Positions 52,301 through 61,612 are shown, counted from the first letter of the stretch. The stretch: DNA of 64,000 nucleotides from Candidatus Latescibacterota bacterium (GCA_965203805.1 OZ241917.1:1248001-1312000), one strand, 5' to 3'. Notes: a model not told the origin generated them from the letters alone. Numbers and translations: made by a program.

Positions 52301-52391
52301 CGGTCCCGGAGGTCGGCGGCTCGCAGGCATTGCCCGTCAGGCCGGTGCAAATCAGGCGTTCAAGTCCGCGTTCGGAGGTGTCTGTGTTCAA
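49389..52391 (-). CDS. hsdR: Type I restriction enzyme subunit R
   Basis: DIGLFINGLPVFTFELK nuclease motif, HSAGSGKS, DEAH, FTATP, KFQTGYDEP, QTLSRLNR. Confidence 0.95.
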   Translation of the reverse strand: MNTDTSERGLERLICTGLTGNACEPPTSGTVAEPPAGYGGVGWSCGNPHDYDQEYCVDLVQLSAFLRNTQPKAVESLSFSKDGPTRRAFLSRLQGEINKRGTIDMLRNGIKHGPLYLDLFYGTPSPDNPNAQERFEQNRFTVTRQLRYSRDEAQRALDIGLFINGLPVFTFELKNSLTKQTVDDAVWQYRKDRNPREKLFGFGRCIAHFALDEREVRFCTHLKGKASWFLPFNRGWNDGAGNPPNPEGLAVAYLWRDVLTRESLANILENYAQVVESKDEKSGKNRRTQVWPRFHQLDVVRRLLEDSGARGAGQRYLIQHSAGSGKSNSIAWLAHQLIGLEKDDAPVFDSIIVVTDRLILDRQIRDTIKQYAQVAATVGHADASGDLRRFIESGKKIIISTVQKFPFILDEIGNEQRGKRFAIIIDEAHSSQGGRTSAAMAQALSEAGEDDDQDTFEDRINRLMESRKLLPNASYFAFTATPKNKTLEIFGAPDPQPDGTVSHRAFHSYTMKQAIQEGFILDVLARYTPVNSYYKLAKTVEDDPEFDVRKAQRKLRRFVEGSDHAIRLKAEIMVDHFHDQVLKQGKIGGSARAMVVTNGIARAIQYYHAIRTYLKERKSQYQVLVAFSGEHEYGGAKVSEASLNGLPSSQIAGRFREDPYRFLVCADKFQTGYDEPLLHTMYVDKTLSGIKAVQTLSRLNRAQPQKHDVFVLDFLNDTDTIRDAFADFYRTTILADETDPNKLHDLQADLDGAQVYSDMQIEDFVRLYLEGAERDRLDPILDACVAVYRSDLDEDGQVAFKGRAKAFVRTYAFLSSILHYNNAEWEKRSIFLNFLVPKLPAPEEEDLSKGILDAIDLDSYRVEKRAMQQILLPDEDAEIDPVPTAGGGHQPELELDRLSNILRDFNEHFGDIQWEDRDRVEQLIIETIPARVAADTAFQNARQNSDRQNARIEHDTALVRVMTAMMKDDTQLFKQFMDNPGFKRWMTDKVFDLAYDPVGT

Positions 52392-52399
52392 CGTGAAGC

Positions 52400-52813
52400 C
52401 TACTGGTCGGTGAACGGGTTTATAATCCGGAGGCCATCGTAGTCCTGATCCGTGCTCAAATCCTCGGTGTACACGTCATCGCAGCCCATGGCACGGGCTG
52501 CGGCGAGAATTGCGCCGTCCCAATAGGACAGCCCGAAACGTTGGCTGATGGCGATTGCTGCAATGAACAAACTGAGCGTGATGTCCTGCACCGGAAAGTG
52601 ACTAATGCTCTCGATGAATTGCAGCGCGTGGTCCTGGGTGATCGCTCCAGGACGGCTGGAGCGCGTAGACTGGTGATAGAATTCCTGGAGTACTTGGACG
52701 GACAACGCAAGATCTCCCTCTTCCAGCAGCCGTTGAGCCGAACGCTGCTTGCCGGCTTCATCAGGAGCGGGGCTGGCCGCGTATATCAGGACGTTCGTAT
52801 CAACAAAGCGCAC
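52400..52813 (-). CDS. PIN domain (VapC-like) toxin
   Basis: FVDTNVLIY, QVLQEF, SYWDGAI, TEDL, INPF. Confidence 0.9.
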   Translation of the reverse strand: MRFVDTNVLIYAASPAPDEAGKQRSAQRLLEEGDLALSVQVLQEFYHQSTRSSRPGAITQDHALQFIESISHFPVQDITLSLFIAAIAISQRFGLSYWDGAILAAARAMGCDDVYTEDLSTDQDYDGLRIINPFTDQ

Positions 52814-52818
52814 GGCGC

Positions 52819-53160
52819 TTACCCGCCCTTGGGATCCTGGCGTTCGACAGCGGCCGCTGCCTCGGCTTCGGCCCTTGCCCTGGCCCGGTCGTACAGCTCC
52901 TCTCGAGACAGGTTGTCGGCGGCCCTGAATCCGGGTGAAGTGGTGCGAATTTTCTCAATGACCTCGCTCAACATCCTGCGCCGACGCTTGGCCTCTGGCT
53001 CCGTGACCGTCCCGTTGTCGGCTGCGCCGCCTGCGCGGTCCGATGCCAGACTCTTCAGGTAGTCTCGCACGAGGGCCGATACCGACGTGTCCAATTCTGC
53101 CGCACGGATGCGCGCGAGCCGATGTGTCTCTTCGTCGACGGATACGGTGATATTTCTCAT
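52819..53160 (-). CDS. VapB-like antitoxin (RHH)
   Basis: MRNITVSVDEE...TSVSALVRDYL...LSREELYDR, upstream of the PIN gene. Confidence 0.82.
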   Translation of the reverse strand: MRNITVSVDEETHRLARIRAAELDTSVSALVRDYLKSLASDRAGGAADNGTVTEPEAKRRRRMLSEVIEKIRTTSPGFRAADNLSREELYDRARARAEAEAAAAVERQDPKGG

Positions 53161-53200
53161 AGTCACAGCCTCACAGTTTCTGTGTATCACAATATACGCA

Positions 53201-53371
53201 TTAGCCGGCCGAATACCCGCGACCAGGCGGGCGGCCATCCTGATCGGCGCTGTCGATCAGGTCTCCGTTGGCCAACCCGTCCCACCCTTTTTCTGCCGCC
53301 GTATCGACTGAGTGTGCGGGGAATTCCCGCCTGAGGGGCCTGGGCGTACCGTGATCAAACAGTATCTTCAA
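53201..53371 (-). pseudogene. Truncated DUF5615-like PIN toxin
   Basis: Manual translation LKILFDHGTPRPLRREFPAHSVDTAAEKGWDGLANGDLIDSADQDG then an early stop; overlaps the DUF433 end. Confidence 0.72.
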
Positions 53372-53603
53372 GGCTGCTCACCGGCACGGGCGCCTTCAGG
53401 GAGTCTGCCACGTATTGCAGGACGGCTCTCACCTTCCATTCGTCGACGGGCGCGAACCACTCCATGAACTCCTTGATGGTGGCACCGGCCTCCAGGTTCT
53501 CAAACAGGGCCGATACGGGCAGTCTACTGTCGGTGAAGAGCCAGGCACCGCTGACCTTGCCAGGGATTCGCTCCACCCCAGGGCACTTCGACCAATCAAT
53601 CAT
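53355..53603 (-). CDS. DUF433 antitoxin
   Basis: PGKVSGAWLFTDSRLPVSALFENLEAGATIKEFMEWF. Confidence 0.88.
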   Translation of the reverse strand: MIDWSKCPGVERIPGKVSGAWLFTDSRLPVSALFENLEAGATIKEFMEWFAPVDEWKVRAVLQYVADSLKAPVPVSSLEDTV

Positions 53604-53626
53604 GTCCTCTCCTCCTCTGCAACTGG

Positions 53627-53653
53627 GTACTCTTCTGCCGATTCTTCGGCGTC
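53627..53653 (-). repeat. Orphan copy of the hsdS 3' tail
   Basis: 26/27 match to 56991-57017 (DAEESAEEY); likewise ends in an ATGA overlap with a DUF433 start. Confidence 0.8.
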
Positions 53654-53732
53654 CGCCAGGCGTCTGTGGTCAAACTGTAACCGTGCAGTGGTTCACCACA
53701 ATCGAATTCGTCGCCGTTGCCGGTGGGGCTGC

Positions 53733-53797
53733 TCGTCGACGGATACGGTGATGTTCTTTATAGTCACAGTCTCACAGTTTCTGTGTGTCACAATATA
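53733..53797 (-). pseudogene. Degenerate copy of the antitoxin promoter and 5' end
   Basis: Near-identical to 53132-53196, with start ATG changed to ATA. Confidence 0.8.
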
Positions 53798-53959
53798 GCC
53801 AACAATCGGTCGATGGGCAACGACTGCGGCAGCAGTCTGCTGGTCTTTATCGCTCGTTTTCGGCTAATTCTACCAGGTCGCCGCGGTACCTAAAGTCATA
53901 GTTGTGGTGTTCGCGACTAATCCACCGAGAAACCCATCACACCAGCGAACAGATGCGGC

Positions 53960-54562
53960 TCAAGAGTTCCTTCTCCGCATCCGCCTACCCAGGTCGTATT
54001 CACATCCACCCCGCCTATCGAAGGTTACATTCACAAGAAACTCAAGGTTTCGGGGAGTGAGTTTTCCCCAAGGCACGACTGAAACGTGCGCCTTAGGTGC
54101 AAGTAGATTATCAATTATTCGATCGGGCAAATGGGGATATCTCATTTCATATTCGGCGCGGTTGTCGATTGTCCCCCAAGATCCTATATCCGGATGGATT
54201 AGGCGTTTTTCCTCATCACCATGTGCTGCAGTGACGTATGTACATTGGGTGGAAGGCAAGTTGACAACAAGGATTCCAGACTTTTTGTTCCTGACGCCAT
54301 CAAACATGCTTGAGTACAGCTCCCAATCGATGTGTTTCCGCCACTTCGTTTCCGTACCGACGAGAAGAATTGTAACGGTTGAGTCTCGTAGATAATCATC
54401 ACGTATCTTCTCGCGTATTGTCTCATCGCTCAACTCTTCGGAGATGTCCCCGCTATCTACGGATCTATCGATGAAAACGCCAAAGTTCGTACCCATCTCA
54501 ATCAAACCATTCTTATAGGCTTGGTCGTTCTCGTGATGATAGCTGACAAACACTTTATGCAT
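53960..54562 (-). CDS. TIR domain protein (ThsB / MTH538-like)
   Basis: HKVFVSYHH, STVTILLVG, KHIDWEL with candidate catalytic Glu, GILVVNLP. Confidence 0.88.
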   Translation of the reverse strand: MHKVFVSYHHENDQAYKNGLIEMGTNFGVFIDRSVDSGDISEELSDETIREKIRDDYLRDSTVTILLVGTETKWRKHIDWELYSSMFDGVRNKKSGILVVNLPSTQCTYVTAAHGDEEKRLIHPDIGSWGTIDNRAEYEMRYPHLPDRIIDNLLAPKAHVSVVPWGKLTPRNLEFLVNVTFDRRGGCEYDLGRRMRRRNS

Positions 54563-55064
54563 AAGTTCGATCCCTTTCTGAGAAAGATTCTATCAAAATC
54601 CGCTGCGCCGTACAGGCCTTGCCTTCATCGGTTTGTGAATTTAGGCAAAAGGCGACTATCCCGATGACACAGATAAGCAGGAAGCCTAAAGGCATCAGCA
54701 GCCCAGTGTATTTCCGCCTAAAAAATCGACGTTTCTCAAATTCCTCCGTCTCGCGACCGAGAAAGTTGTATGGCAGGTCTTTTTCCAAAGTCACAAGTAC
54801 TTTGTGCTTTGCAGCCAGCCGGCCCGTCACGGAATGCAGCGAAAACATCCAGGAGAGGGATACAAGAATCCCCAACAGATACAGTACCCAGATCGTCTCA
54901 GTGCCCGGCGCCAGCTTGTGAAGGAGTACCGATGCTGCGACTATACTGGTGACCATTCCTGAATATAGCTTGTTCAAGCTCTCTCGAAGCGAAGCTACTC
55001 GTTCCGCAAGTTCGGCGTGGAGCTTATACGTCTCAAGCAACAATTTTCTATTGTCACCACTCAT
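54555..55064 (-). CDS. Small membrane effector-like protein (RipA/Pycsar-effector-like architecture)
   Basis: LLETYKLHAELAERVASLR..N helix, hydrophobic segments, AKHKVL..LE..LP; overlaps the TIR start. Confidence 0.65.
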   Translation of the reverse strand: MSGDNRKLLLETYKLHAELAERVASLRESLNKLYSGMVTSIVAASVLLHKLAPGTETIWVLYLLGILVSLSWMFSLHSVTGRLAAKHKVLVTLEKDLPYNFLGRETEEFEKRRFFRRKYTGLLMPLGFLLICVIGIVAFCLNSQTDEGKACTAQRILIESFSERDRTYA

Positions 55065-55207
55065 GCGGACTCCCTTCGCACACAGATCGGATCCAGTACC
55101 CGCTTGCACGAGAATGTTGCAACCGTGACGTCGACAGCGCATTGCGAGGGTATAACCTACAATCGCAAATCTACGTCAAAGGTCCCACACGAAGCTTTTT
55201 AAACAGC

Positions 55208-55678
55208 CTACAAGACATTCTCGCAAATCCACTCGTCTAATTCGCCCCGATCACGCAACCGCTCCAGAGCTCTCACTACCGTCGGCGAATTGTTAACCCA
55301 GTTATACATGATTCTTGCACGAGGCTTCTGCATGGCGTGTGCCCCGCCAATTTCGTAACCGATCCACATTGAAACCGCGATCGCAGCAGTCACGTTGACC
55401 AAGAAACCGTCACTATCGAGGATCGTGGTCATGATGTAGTCCGGTAATTCGTCTGAGTCCGTGTCGACATTATCGTCCCACTCAGCCATGTAAACCATGA
55501 CCCTGTGCGTGTTTACGATATATTCTGCTTCTCGTTCGGCCTTCCAATCGTCGGTTTTGTGAGACATGAAGACCAACCTGCTTTCAGGCGTCCTTTCGAG
55601 CACCAAATGCTCTGCAAAGACCTGTGAAACGGTTTCAGGGCGATGGAACCTTACCAATTTGTTGAATCTAAGTGCCAT
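55208..55678 (-). CDS. TIR-like domain protein, paralog 2
   Basis: VFMSHKT, DGFLVNV, SMWIGYEIGGA. Confidence 0.78.
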   Translation of the reverse strand: MALRFNKLVRFHRPETVSQVFAEHLVLERTPESRLVFMSHKTDDWKAEREAEYIVNTHRVMVYMAEWDDNVDTDSDELPDYIMTTILDSDGFLVNVTAAIAVSMWIGYEIGGAHAMQKPRARIMYNWVNNSPTVVRALERLRDRGELDEWICENVL

Positions 55679-55852
55679 AACTTTGTACACCAGAATCGAA
55701 GTTGAAGCACCAGCCCGTCCTGACGAAACGGTTGCTTTGCGCCCTAAGCAGTTCGCTTACTATACGCAATGAAACGTGAAATCGTCAGCATAGTCAGTAA
55801 TATCCAATTGCCAAGAGATGTTCGAGTGCTTGTACTTAGCCACCCGAACGAC

Positions 55853-56323
55853 TTATAGAATATTCTTCAAGATCCAATGGTCTACCTCGTACCGATTGCG
55901 CAACCGCTCCAGAGCATTCACTACAGACGGCAGACCCGCTATCGAGTCGTACATGATCTTAGCACGAGGCTTCTGCATCGCATGTGCCCCACCAATCTCG
56001 TAACCAATCCACATTGAAATCCTGATCGCAGCGATTACATTGACCAGAAATCCGTCACATTTGCGGATGGCATTCATAATGTAATCCGGCAATTCGTCCG
56101 AATCATCCTCAACATTGTCGTCCCATTCGGCCATGTAAACCATCACACCGGGCAAGAGCACGATGCGCCTTGCTTCCCGCTCGGCTTGCCAATCGCCGGT
56201 CTTGTGAGACATGAACACGATTTTATCGGTAGCGGCCTTAGTGCGTACTACCTGTTCGGCCAAATACCGGGTGTCGATTTCAGCGTGATCTCGTCGAACC
56301 AATCTGTTGAATCTAACCGCCAT
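55853..56323 (-). CDS. TIR-like domain protein, paralog 1
   Basis: VFMSHKT, AIRKCDGFLV, SMWIGYEIGGA. Confidence 0.78.
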   Translation of the reverse strand: MAVRFNRLVRRDHAEIDTRYLAEQVVRTKAATDKIVFMSHKTGDWQAEREARRIVLLPGVMVYMAEWDDNVEDDSDELPDYIMNAIRKCDGFLVNVIAAIRISMWIGYEIGGAHAMQKPRAKIMYDSIAGLPSVVNALERLRNRYEVDHWILKNIL

Positions 56324-56738
56324 AAGAATGAACCTCGAATTCGTCGGTGTTGAGCCCGCGATTTTCAAGTTTGCACTGCTGTCCGAAGGTAATGCAGGAT
56401 CTCACCCCAACCGAAGGTCCGTAATTTCCCAAAGTCAGCTCAATTACCCATCACTGTATTGCGTGATCGAAAGTAATCGATCGGTTGTGCGCCGTAATAG
56501 GGATTACTGAAATCAATCCATTACCGGTGGCGAGACATTCGCCATCGAATTTGGGCTGCCCTCCAAGTATTAGGTCAGTTGTAATCGTGTAACTTGGAAA
56601 CAGAACTTACGACAACTCCAAGTTGCGAACATACCCGCCGAAACCATCGGTAGCTTCGCGAAAATTCCAATCTGCGGTGTCGCTGTTGGTCACGCTATCT
56701 CTGTTCCGCATTCAGATCGGGAATTCACCAAATTCGCT

Positions 56739-56967
56739 TCAGGTTCGGATTGGCGTTCTGAGATGGTCAGCTTCGTGTTTCAGTACGACCGGGACCTGCC
56801 ACGGCCTCACTTCGGTGAACCACTCGAGGAACTGACTCAATGGTGGCCCCGCTCTCTCGGTCTTCAAAAAGAGCCACTACCGGCAACTTTTTTTCGGTGA
56901 ACGCAATGGCTCCGCCGATCTTCCTGTCATTTCGTTCGACTGCCAAGAAGTTGCTTCAGTCGGTCAT
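56739..56967 (-). pseudogene. DUF433 antitoxin pseudogene
   Basis: MTD*SNFLAVER..KIGGAIAFTEKKLPVVALFEDRESGATI / QFLEWF; nonsense codon and frameshift; aligns with 53355-53603. Confidence 0.75.
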
Positions 56968-58418
56968 ACGGTCATTTCGTCTTCGGCTGCGTACTCTTCT
57001 GCCGATTCCTCGGCGTCGGTGTAGTCGTCTTTGGGAAGCGTGTCGAGTTCCGGAAGTTCGGCCGCCGCTTCGCGCACGTCAAGCTTGCCGGTGACGACAT
57101 CGGCGATCAGGCGGGTGCGGTACTCTTGGATTAAGTCGATTTCTCGTTTTAACCGACCAATCGCATAATCCAGGCTGTTCGTTTTCTCAGAGATTACGTC
57201 AAGTATGGCTGCTTGCACTTCCAGAACTGGAAGAAAAACCGGAAATCTGCGCAGTGTGCTGCTATTGGTGGAGGCGAGGTTCGTCGTCTGCTTTGCTGTT
57301 AATTCGAAATATGTCCGTCCGTGTATCGACCCCATGAGTCCAACAAGAAATTCTGGGCTAAGGAGTCCTCGCTTACAACGCACCGCAAAGATGTGATTCT
57401 GGTGTAAACATCCAGGAATCTCATCTCGCCATACACATCCACGCCCGAGTTTGTCGATATCTCCACCTTCTGTCATCAGAACATCCCCCGTCAACACGGT
57501 GCTCCGATTCGCCTCATTCAGCGGCACACTGATAGACTTGATGTTTGTCAGGTCCAAACATCCTGCCTGAACATTAGCGACGCGTAAGTATGGTCGAGAT
57601 ATTGTTCGCGTACTACTGTAGTCCTTGCCCAACGTTAGACCTGTTTGAACCTGCGCTACATCCTTGAGACGGTGAAGTTGCCAATCCTCCGGCACCTGTC
57701 CTAGCCACTTCACACCTGACGGCTTGTAAGCCGGGTAGGGCTTTCCGGTTCGGACGTCGATCTGGCCTGTGACGGCCTGATGGATGATAGCCTGTTTCTG
57801 CTCCTCCAGCAGCGAAATCAGCCTCTGTTTGGCGCGGATGTAGCGCTGGATGCGCCGGTCGGCGTGGTCGAGGAAGCGGACGATGGCGGTTTGTTCGGCG
57901 AGGGGAGGGACACATGTGTAAATCATCTTGAAGTGTTCAGGACGCAGACTCCACATATCCGACGTAATGCCATAAGACCATCGCTCAGTCTCCTTTGCGA
58001 ATCCGGGCGTCCGGAACAGAAAATGGACGAAGTCAGAATCAACGCCATCGCGTGGACGTTGTACGATGTAGGCCGGACTTACGATGCCTTGGTAATCAGA
58101 AGCTCCGAAGGCGCCCTGCCAGGCTCGCATTTTGTTATATGCTATGTATCCGGGCCGGACCAATTTGTAGGCAGACTTATCCAGGTTCGAACCGTCTTTC
58201 TTTGTGCTGTCCTCCAGAAGCTGATTCTGAAGGATGACTCCCCGTTTGATCGTTACGGAGAGCATCGGTTCCTCTGGATGATCACGTTCCTTCACTTCTT
58301 CAAAGAGTGTGCGATTAGGTAAAACCTCCCAGTGGGACGGAACTTTACCCAACCACTTTACTCCGGAATCCTTCATTTTGGGATACGGCCACAATTCGTT
58401 GGTTTTCGAAAACTGCAT
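56964..58418 (-). CDS. hsdS: Type I RM specificity subunit S
   Basis: DSGVKWLGKVPSHW and PSGVKWLGQVPEDW repeats, PPLAEQTAIVRFLD, EYRTRLIADVVTGKLDVR. Confidence 0.93.
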   Translation of the reverse strand: MQFSKTNELWPYPKMKDSGVKWLGKVPSHWEVLPNRTLFEEVKERDHPEEPMLSVTIKRGVILQNQLLEDSTKKDGSNLDKSAYKLVRPGYIAYNKMRAWQGAFGASDYQGIVSPAYIVQRPRDGVDSDFVHFLFRTPGFAKETERWSYGITSDMWSLRPEHFKMIYTCVPPLAEQTAIVRFLDHADRRIQRYIRAKQRLISLLEEQKQAIIHQAVTGQIDVRTGKPYPAYKPSGVKWLGQVPEDWQLHRLKDVAQVQTGLTLGKDYSSTRTISRPYLRVANVQAGCLDLTNIKSISVPLNEANRSTVLTGDVLMTEGGDIDKLGRGCVWRDEIPGCLHQNHIFAVRCKRGLLSPEFLVGLMGSIHGRTYFELTAKQTTNLASTNSSTLRRFPVFLPVLEVQAAILDVISEKTNSLDYAIGRLKREIDLIQEYRTRLIADVVTGKLDVREAAAELPELDTLPKDDYTDAEESAEEYAAEDEMTV

Positions 58419-58701
58419 GCCAAGCGATCCTCGTCGGAATCTCCTGCATCATTCGGTATAACAACGATATTAAGCGTCACAAATGAAATACCTGGTTGTT
58501 CTCCCTCGATTAGGCCGGCAGGTTTTCCACGAACTGCTTGAAATTCGGTACTTTTTACACTACCGCATACAGGTCCTTTGAGAACTGCGCCTCCGGACAG
58601 CTTTCCGACCACGACGTTTCAGAACGGTGAGAAATTCGTGATCGACTTATGGTTTCTCGGCCCAGTGTTCCTTCTTCGCCAGTCGCCAAATCGCTTACCG
58701 T

Positions 58702-59085
58702 CTATCGAGCAGCGATGTCATCCAGCTTTGCGTTGATCGTCTTCCATCTCCATGGGATCGGGTCTTCAAGCGAGGATAGCCCACTATACGGCCTATCCTG
58801 AGCCACGATTTGGATGGTAGGCTTGCTGAGGCTGCGGGCTAACTCCGTTTCGACGATGACGCCGGGAGCGTTGTGCGTGTCTTGACCGATCAGGACGACT
58901 ACTACGTCACACTCTGCGATGGCCTTTTTCGCCTGGTTCTTCCAGTCTTCATCCGGGTACGCCTCATTGAGAGAGCAGTTGTGTACGCGATGTTGGGTAT
59001 GTTCTTTTGCCTGTTCGAAGAAGCTATTCTTGAGGTCGTGGTCTTTATCAAACTCAAAACTCACAAAAATGCTGAGACGCGGCAT
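58702..59085 (-). CDS. TIR domain protein (MTH538/ThsB-like)
   Basis: IFVSFEFDKD, CDVVVVLIGQDTHNAPGVIVETELA. Confidence 0.85.
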   Translation of the reverse strand: MPRLSIFVSFEFDKDHDLKNSFFEQAKEHTQHRVHNCSLNEAYPDEDWKNQAKKAIAECDVVVVLIGQDTHNAPGVIVETELARSLSKPTIQIVAQDRPYSGLSSLEDPIPWRWKTINAKLDDIAAR

Positions 59086-59229
59086 AAGCTCTACCCTCCT
59101 CTGAATTTAAATTTGAATCGGATTTTCTCGGCGGCGTTCGAATGGATTTGTCGGGAGGTACTAAGGTGCTTTTATGGTGTAAAAGCTATCGATTGCCTGA
59201 TTCTTCGCCTTGCGGCTATATACGTGTGT

Positions 59230-59330
59230 GTCATCCTGCGTATGGATGCCAAAACCGGAGGTGCTTGCTGAATAACCCCTGTCTACTTCATCTTCGCTGG
59301 TTTCAATAATGATCCCGGTGCTGGTCGTCA
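59230..59330 (-). pseudogene. HicB-like antitoxin remnant (approximate limits)
   Basis: IIIETSEDEVDRGYSASTSGFGIHTQDDT resembles a HicB N-terminal fold, then diverges. Confidence 0.45.
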
Positions 59331-59360
59331 CTCGCTCTTGCACTTTCGTTTCCCTTCGGG

Positions 59361-59576
59361 TCAGCCGTCGCGACGGTCTGTTGGCCTGTTCTGTGTCGAA
59401 TTGCGAATCCGCGCGGCCATCGCTTCCAGCACGGGGTCGGAATACCGCCTGGAATTGAACCACTCCACCGTTTCCTCTGCTGTCATGTCGGCGGTTTCGG
59501 CAGTAATGCGGGCGCGGGCCTTGCGCATGAACTCGACACAGTCGAAATTCTTCTTGCGGCGGGGCTCTTCAGTCAT
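59361..59576 (-). CDS. Small 'FDC' protein B2 (putative antitoxin)
   Basis: KKNFDCVEFMRKARARITAETADMT; near-identical to 62421-62636. Confidence 0.7.
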   Translation of the reverse strand: MTEEPRRKKNFDCVEFMRKARARITAETADMTAEETVEWFNSRRYSDPVLEAMAARIRNSTQNRPTDRRDG

Positions 59577-59726
59577 GGACGATTTCCTCGGGCGCGCAAA
59601 TGTCGATAGCACCGAATCCATTCTGACAATTGACCTCGTTGCAGGCCCTGATGCCATGCCAGTTCACCATCTGTCTGAAGCTCCAGCTTGCGCTGAAAGC
59701 CTCCACTCCCTTCCCGATCTTCATCA

Positions 59727-59963
59727 TCAATCGCCCTCGGCGCCGGATCGTCCGACGTCGCTTGCCCTATCGTCCTGCCAGGGTCGCACAACCCTGGACT
59801 TCGGAATGCGAGCGAAGAATGGATCTTTTCGGACAGCCGCATTGAGCCGCCGACGCCGCTCTTCCGGTGACATCCCCACCAGTTCCGCGTTGATCCTGTC
59901 CCGGACCTCGCGCGTCCACTTTACGCAGTCGAAAGCCCTTGCGCTGCTCTCACTATTCTTCAT
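59727..59963 (-). CDS. Small 'FDC' protein A2 (putative antitoxin)
   Basis: FDCVKWTREVRDRINAELVGMSPEER; overlaps the PIN remnant stop. Confidence 0.7.
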   Translation of the reverse strand: MKNSESSARAFDCVKWTREVRDRINAELVGMSPEERRRRLNAAVRKDPFFARIPKSRVVRPWQDDRASDVGRSGAEGD

Positions 59964-60111
59964 TTACATGCTCCGTCGGGCTGCGCATGTCCACCGGTGG
60001 GTATCCCATGCGCCGGTTCACCGCGTTGTACATCCTGATTCGCCACAGGTTCACCATGTGCCTGAAGTTCCAGCCTGTCGCCATCCGTAGCGGTGACGCG
60101 TGCGTATTCAT
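59953..60111 (-). pseudogene. Internally deleted PIN gene remnant
   Basis: WNFRHMVNLWRIRMYNAVNRRMGY matches the PIN C-terminus at about 63140-63215. Confidence 0.78.
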
Positions 60112-60255
60112 GACCGTCTGCCATCTCCAATAATCTCGTCTAACAACCCTTCGGTCTCCCTCTCAAGCGCCACGATGTCAGCCCGTATTTCTTCCAACGT
60201 CCGCATCGGCTGGGGTTTGTAGAAGTATCGCGTGAAGCTGATTTCATAGCCGATC
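60108..60255 (-). pseudogene. Orphan hsdM 3' tail with its own stop codon
   Basis: IGYEISFTRYFYKPQPMRTLEEIRADIVALERETEGLLDEIIGDGRRS*; 60193-60255 matches 63644-63706 (62/63). Confidence 0.9.
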
Positions 60256-60920
60256 TTGAGGGTGGTCAGGTCCCAGGTGTGAGCAGCAGAGGCCAGACCC
60301 GGGCGTGGTCAGAATTCATGGGTCTGAGTTAGCCATGACTTCCTTGTGTTCTACAGGTATTCAACATGCCCGGCCATCTCTTCGGCTTCCAAAACCTGAT
60401 AGATCAACATCAAGCCACGAATTATCTCACCAACCGTGTTTTCTTGAGACGTGTAGACAATTCCTCTGTGGTCAGGTACAATTGCTGCAAGACGAAGAAA
60501 GTCATCGTCCTGCGTGAAGATGACTCGTTCTGTTTCCCTGGCAATTCCAAGGATTACCTCGTCTGACGCACCAAGATTCCCGGCTTCGGCAACAGTCAGT
60601 ACGTCCACGCCTCTCCGACGGAGCCCCATTACAATTGCTCTGGAGACATTCTCATGGAAGCTCTGATTAAGTTACCTATTGGCACGCCATGCAGAAAGTC
60701 GTAGAATTGGAGCGTGAGCCGTCGTGTTGTGATTTCTGATGGATCGACATAGAACGAGGGGCCCAGGGATGAAACAAATGAGTTTTTCGGATCTGGCGTA
60801 CAGGACGAAGAAGAAGCAGACGCGCAGGGAACGTTTTCTGAAAGAGATGGATGCGGTGTTGCCGTGGGAGATACTGCTTAAATCGATTGAGAGGAAGTAT
60901 CCGAAACCTGGCAACGGTCG

Positions 60921-60947
60921 CCTGCCTGCCGAGTCGGCGCAGGCAGG
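60921..60947 (+). mobile_element. 27-bp palindromic mini-insertion CCTGCCTGCCGAGTCGGCGCAGGCAGG
   Basis: Removal restores GNGRRPIG. Confidence 0.88.
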
Positions 60948-61057
60948 TCGTCCGATCGGTGCGGAGGTGATGCTGCGTATCTACTTTATGCAACAATGGT
61001 ATGGATTGAGCGATCCGGGAATGGAAGACAGTCTCTACGACGTGGAGTCGATGCGTC

Positions 61058-61076
61058 CCTGCCTGCTGCAGGCAGG
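61058..61076 (+). mobile_element. 19-bp palindromic mini-insertion CCTGCCTGCTGCAGGCAGG
   Basis: Removal restores the frame and ESMRRFAGVNINGVPDETT. Confidence 0.9.
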
Positions 61077-61612
61077 GCTTTGCGGGTGTGAACATCAACG
61101 GCGTACCTGATGAGACGACGATCTGCAAATTCCGTCACTTTCTGGAGCACCATGGGTTGACGGAAGCGTTGTTTCGGCAAACGAAGCGCTACTTGTCCAG
61201 GCGGGGATTGATCGTGAACGAAGGCACGATCGTGGATGCCACGATCATTCACGCGCCTTCTTCGACGAAGAACAAGGATCGGAAACGGGATCCTGAAATG
61301 GCCAGCACGAAGAAGGGCAACACGTGGCATTTCGGCATGAAGGCGCACGTGGGCGCGGATGTGAAGGGACGGGTGCACAGTGTGGTGACCACCCCCGCTT
61401 CGGTGCATGATTCGCAGGCGATGGATGCCTGTCTGCACGGAAAAGAAAAGACCATCTACGGCGACAAGGCCTATGCGGATCAGACGCGAAAAGAACGGGC
61501 CGAAGCCAACGACGTGGAATGGCGAGTGCTTCGCAAGGCCCGCCGGGGCAAGCGGCTCAACTGCGCGGATGTTTCGTTCAACAAGAAGAGCAATCGCACG
61601 CGCGCACGGGTC

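Noticed and set aside
53960-59085. Calling the TIR genes canonical Thoeris, CBASS or Pycsar
   Set aside because: No SIR2/SLOG/Macro ThsA, CD-NTase or cyclase is visible in the window.
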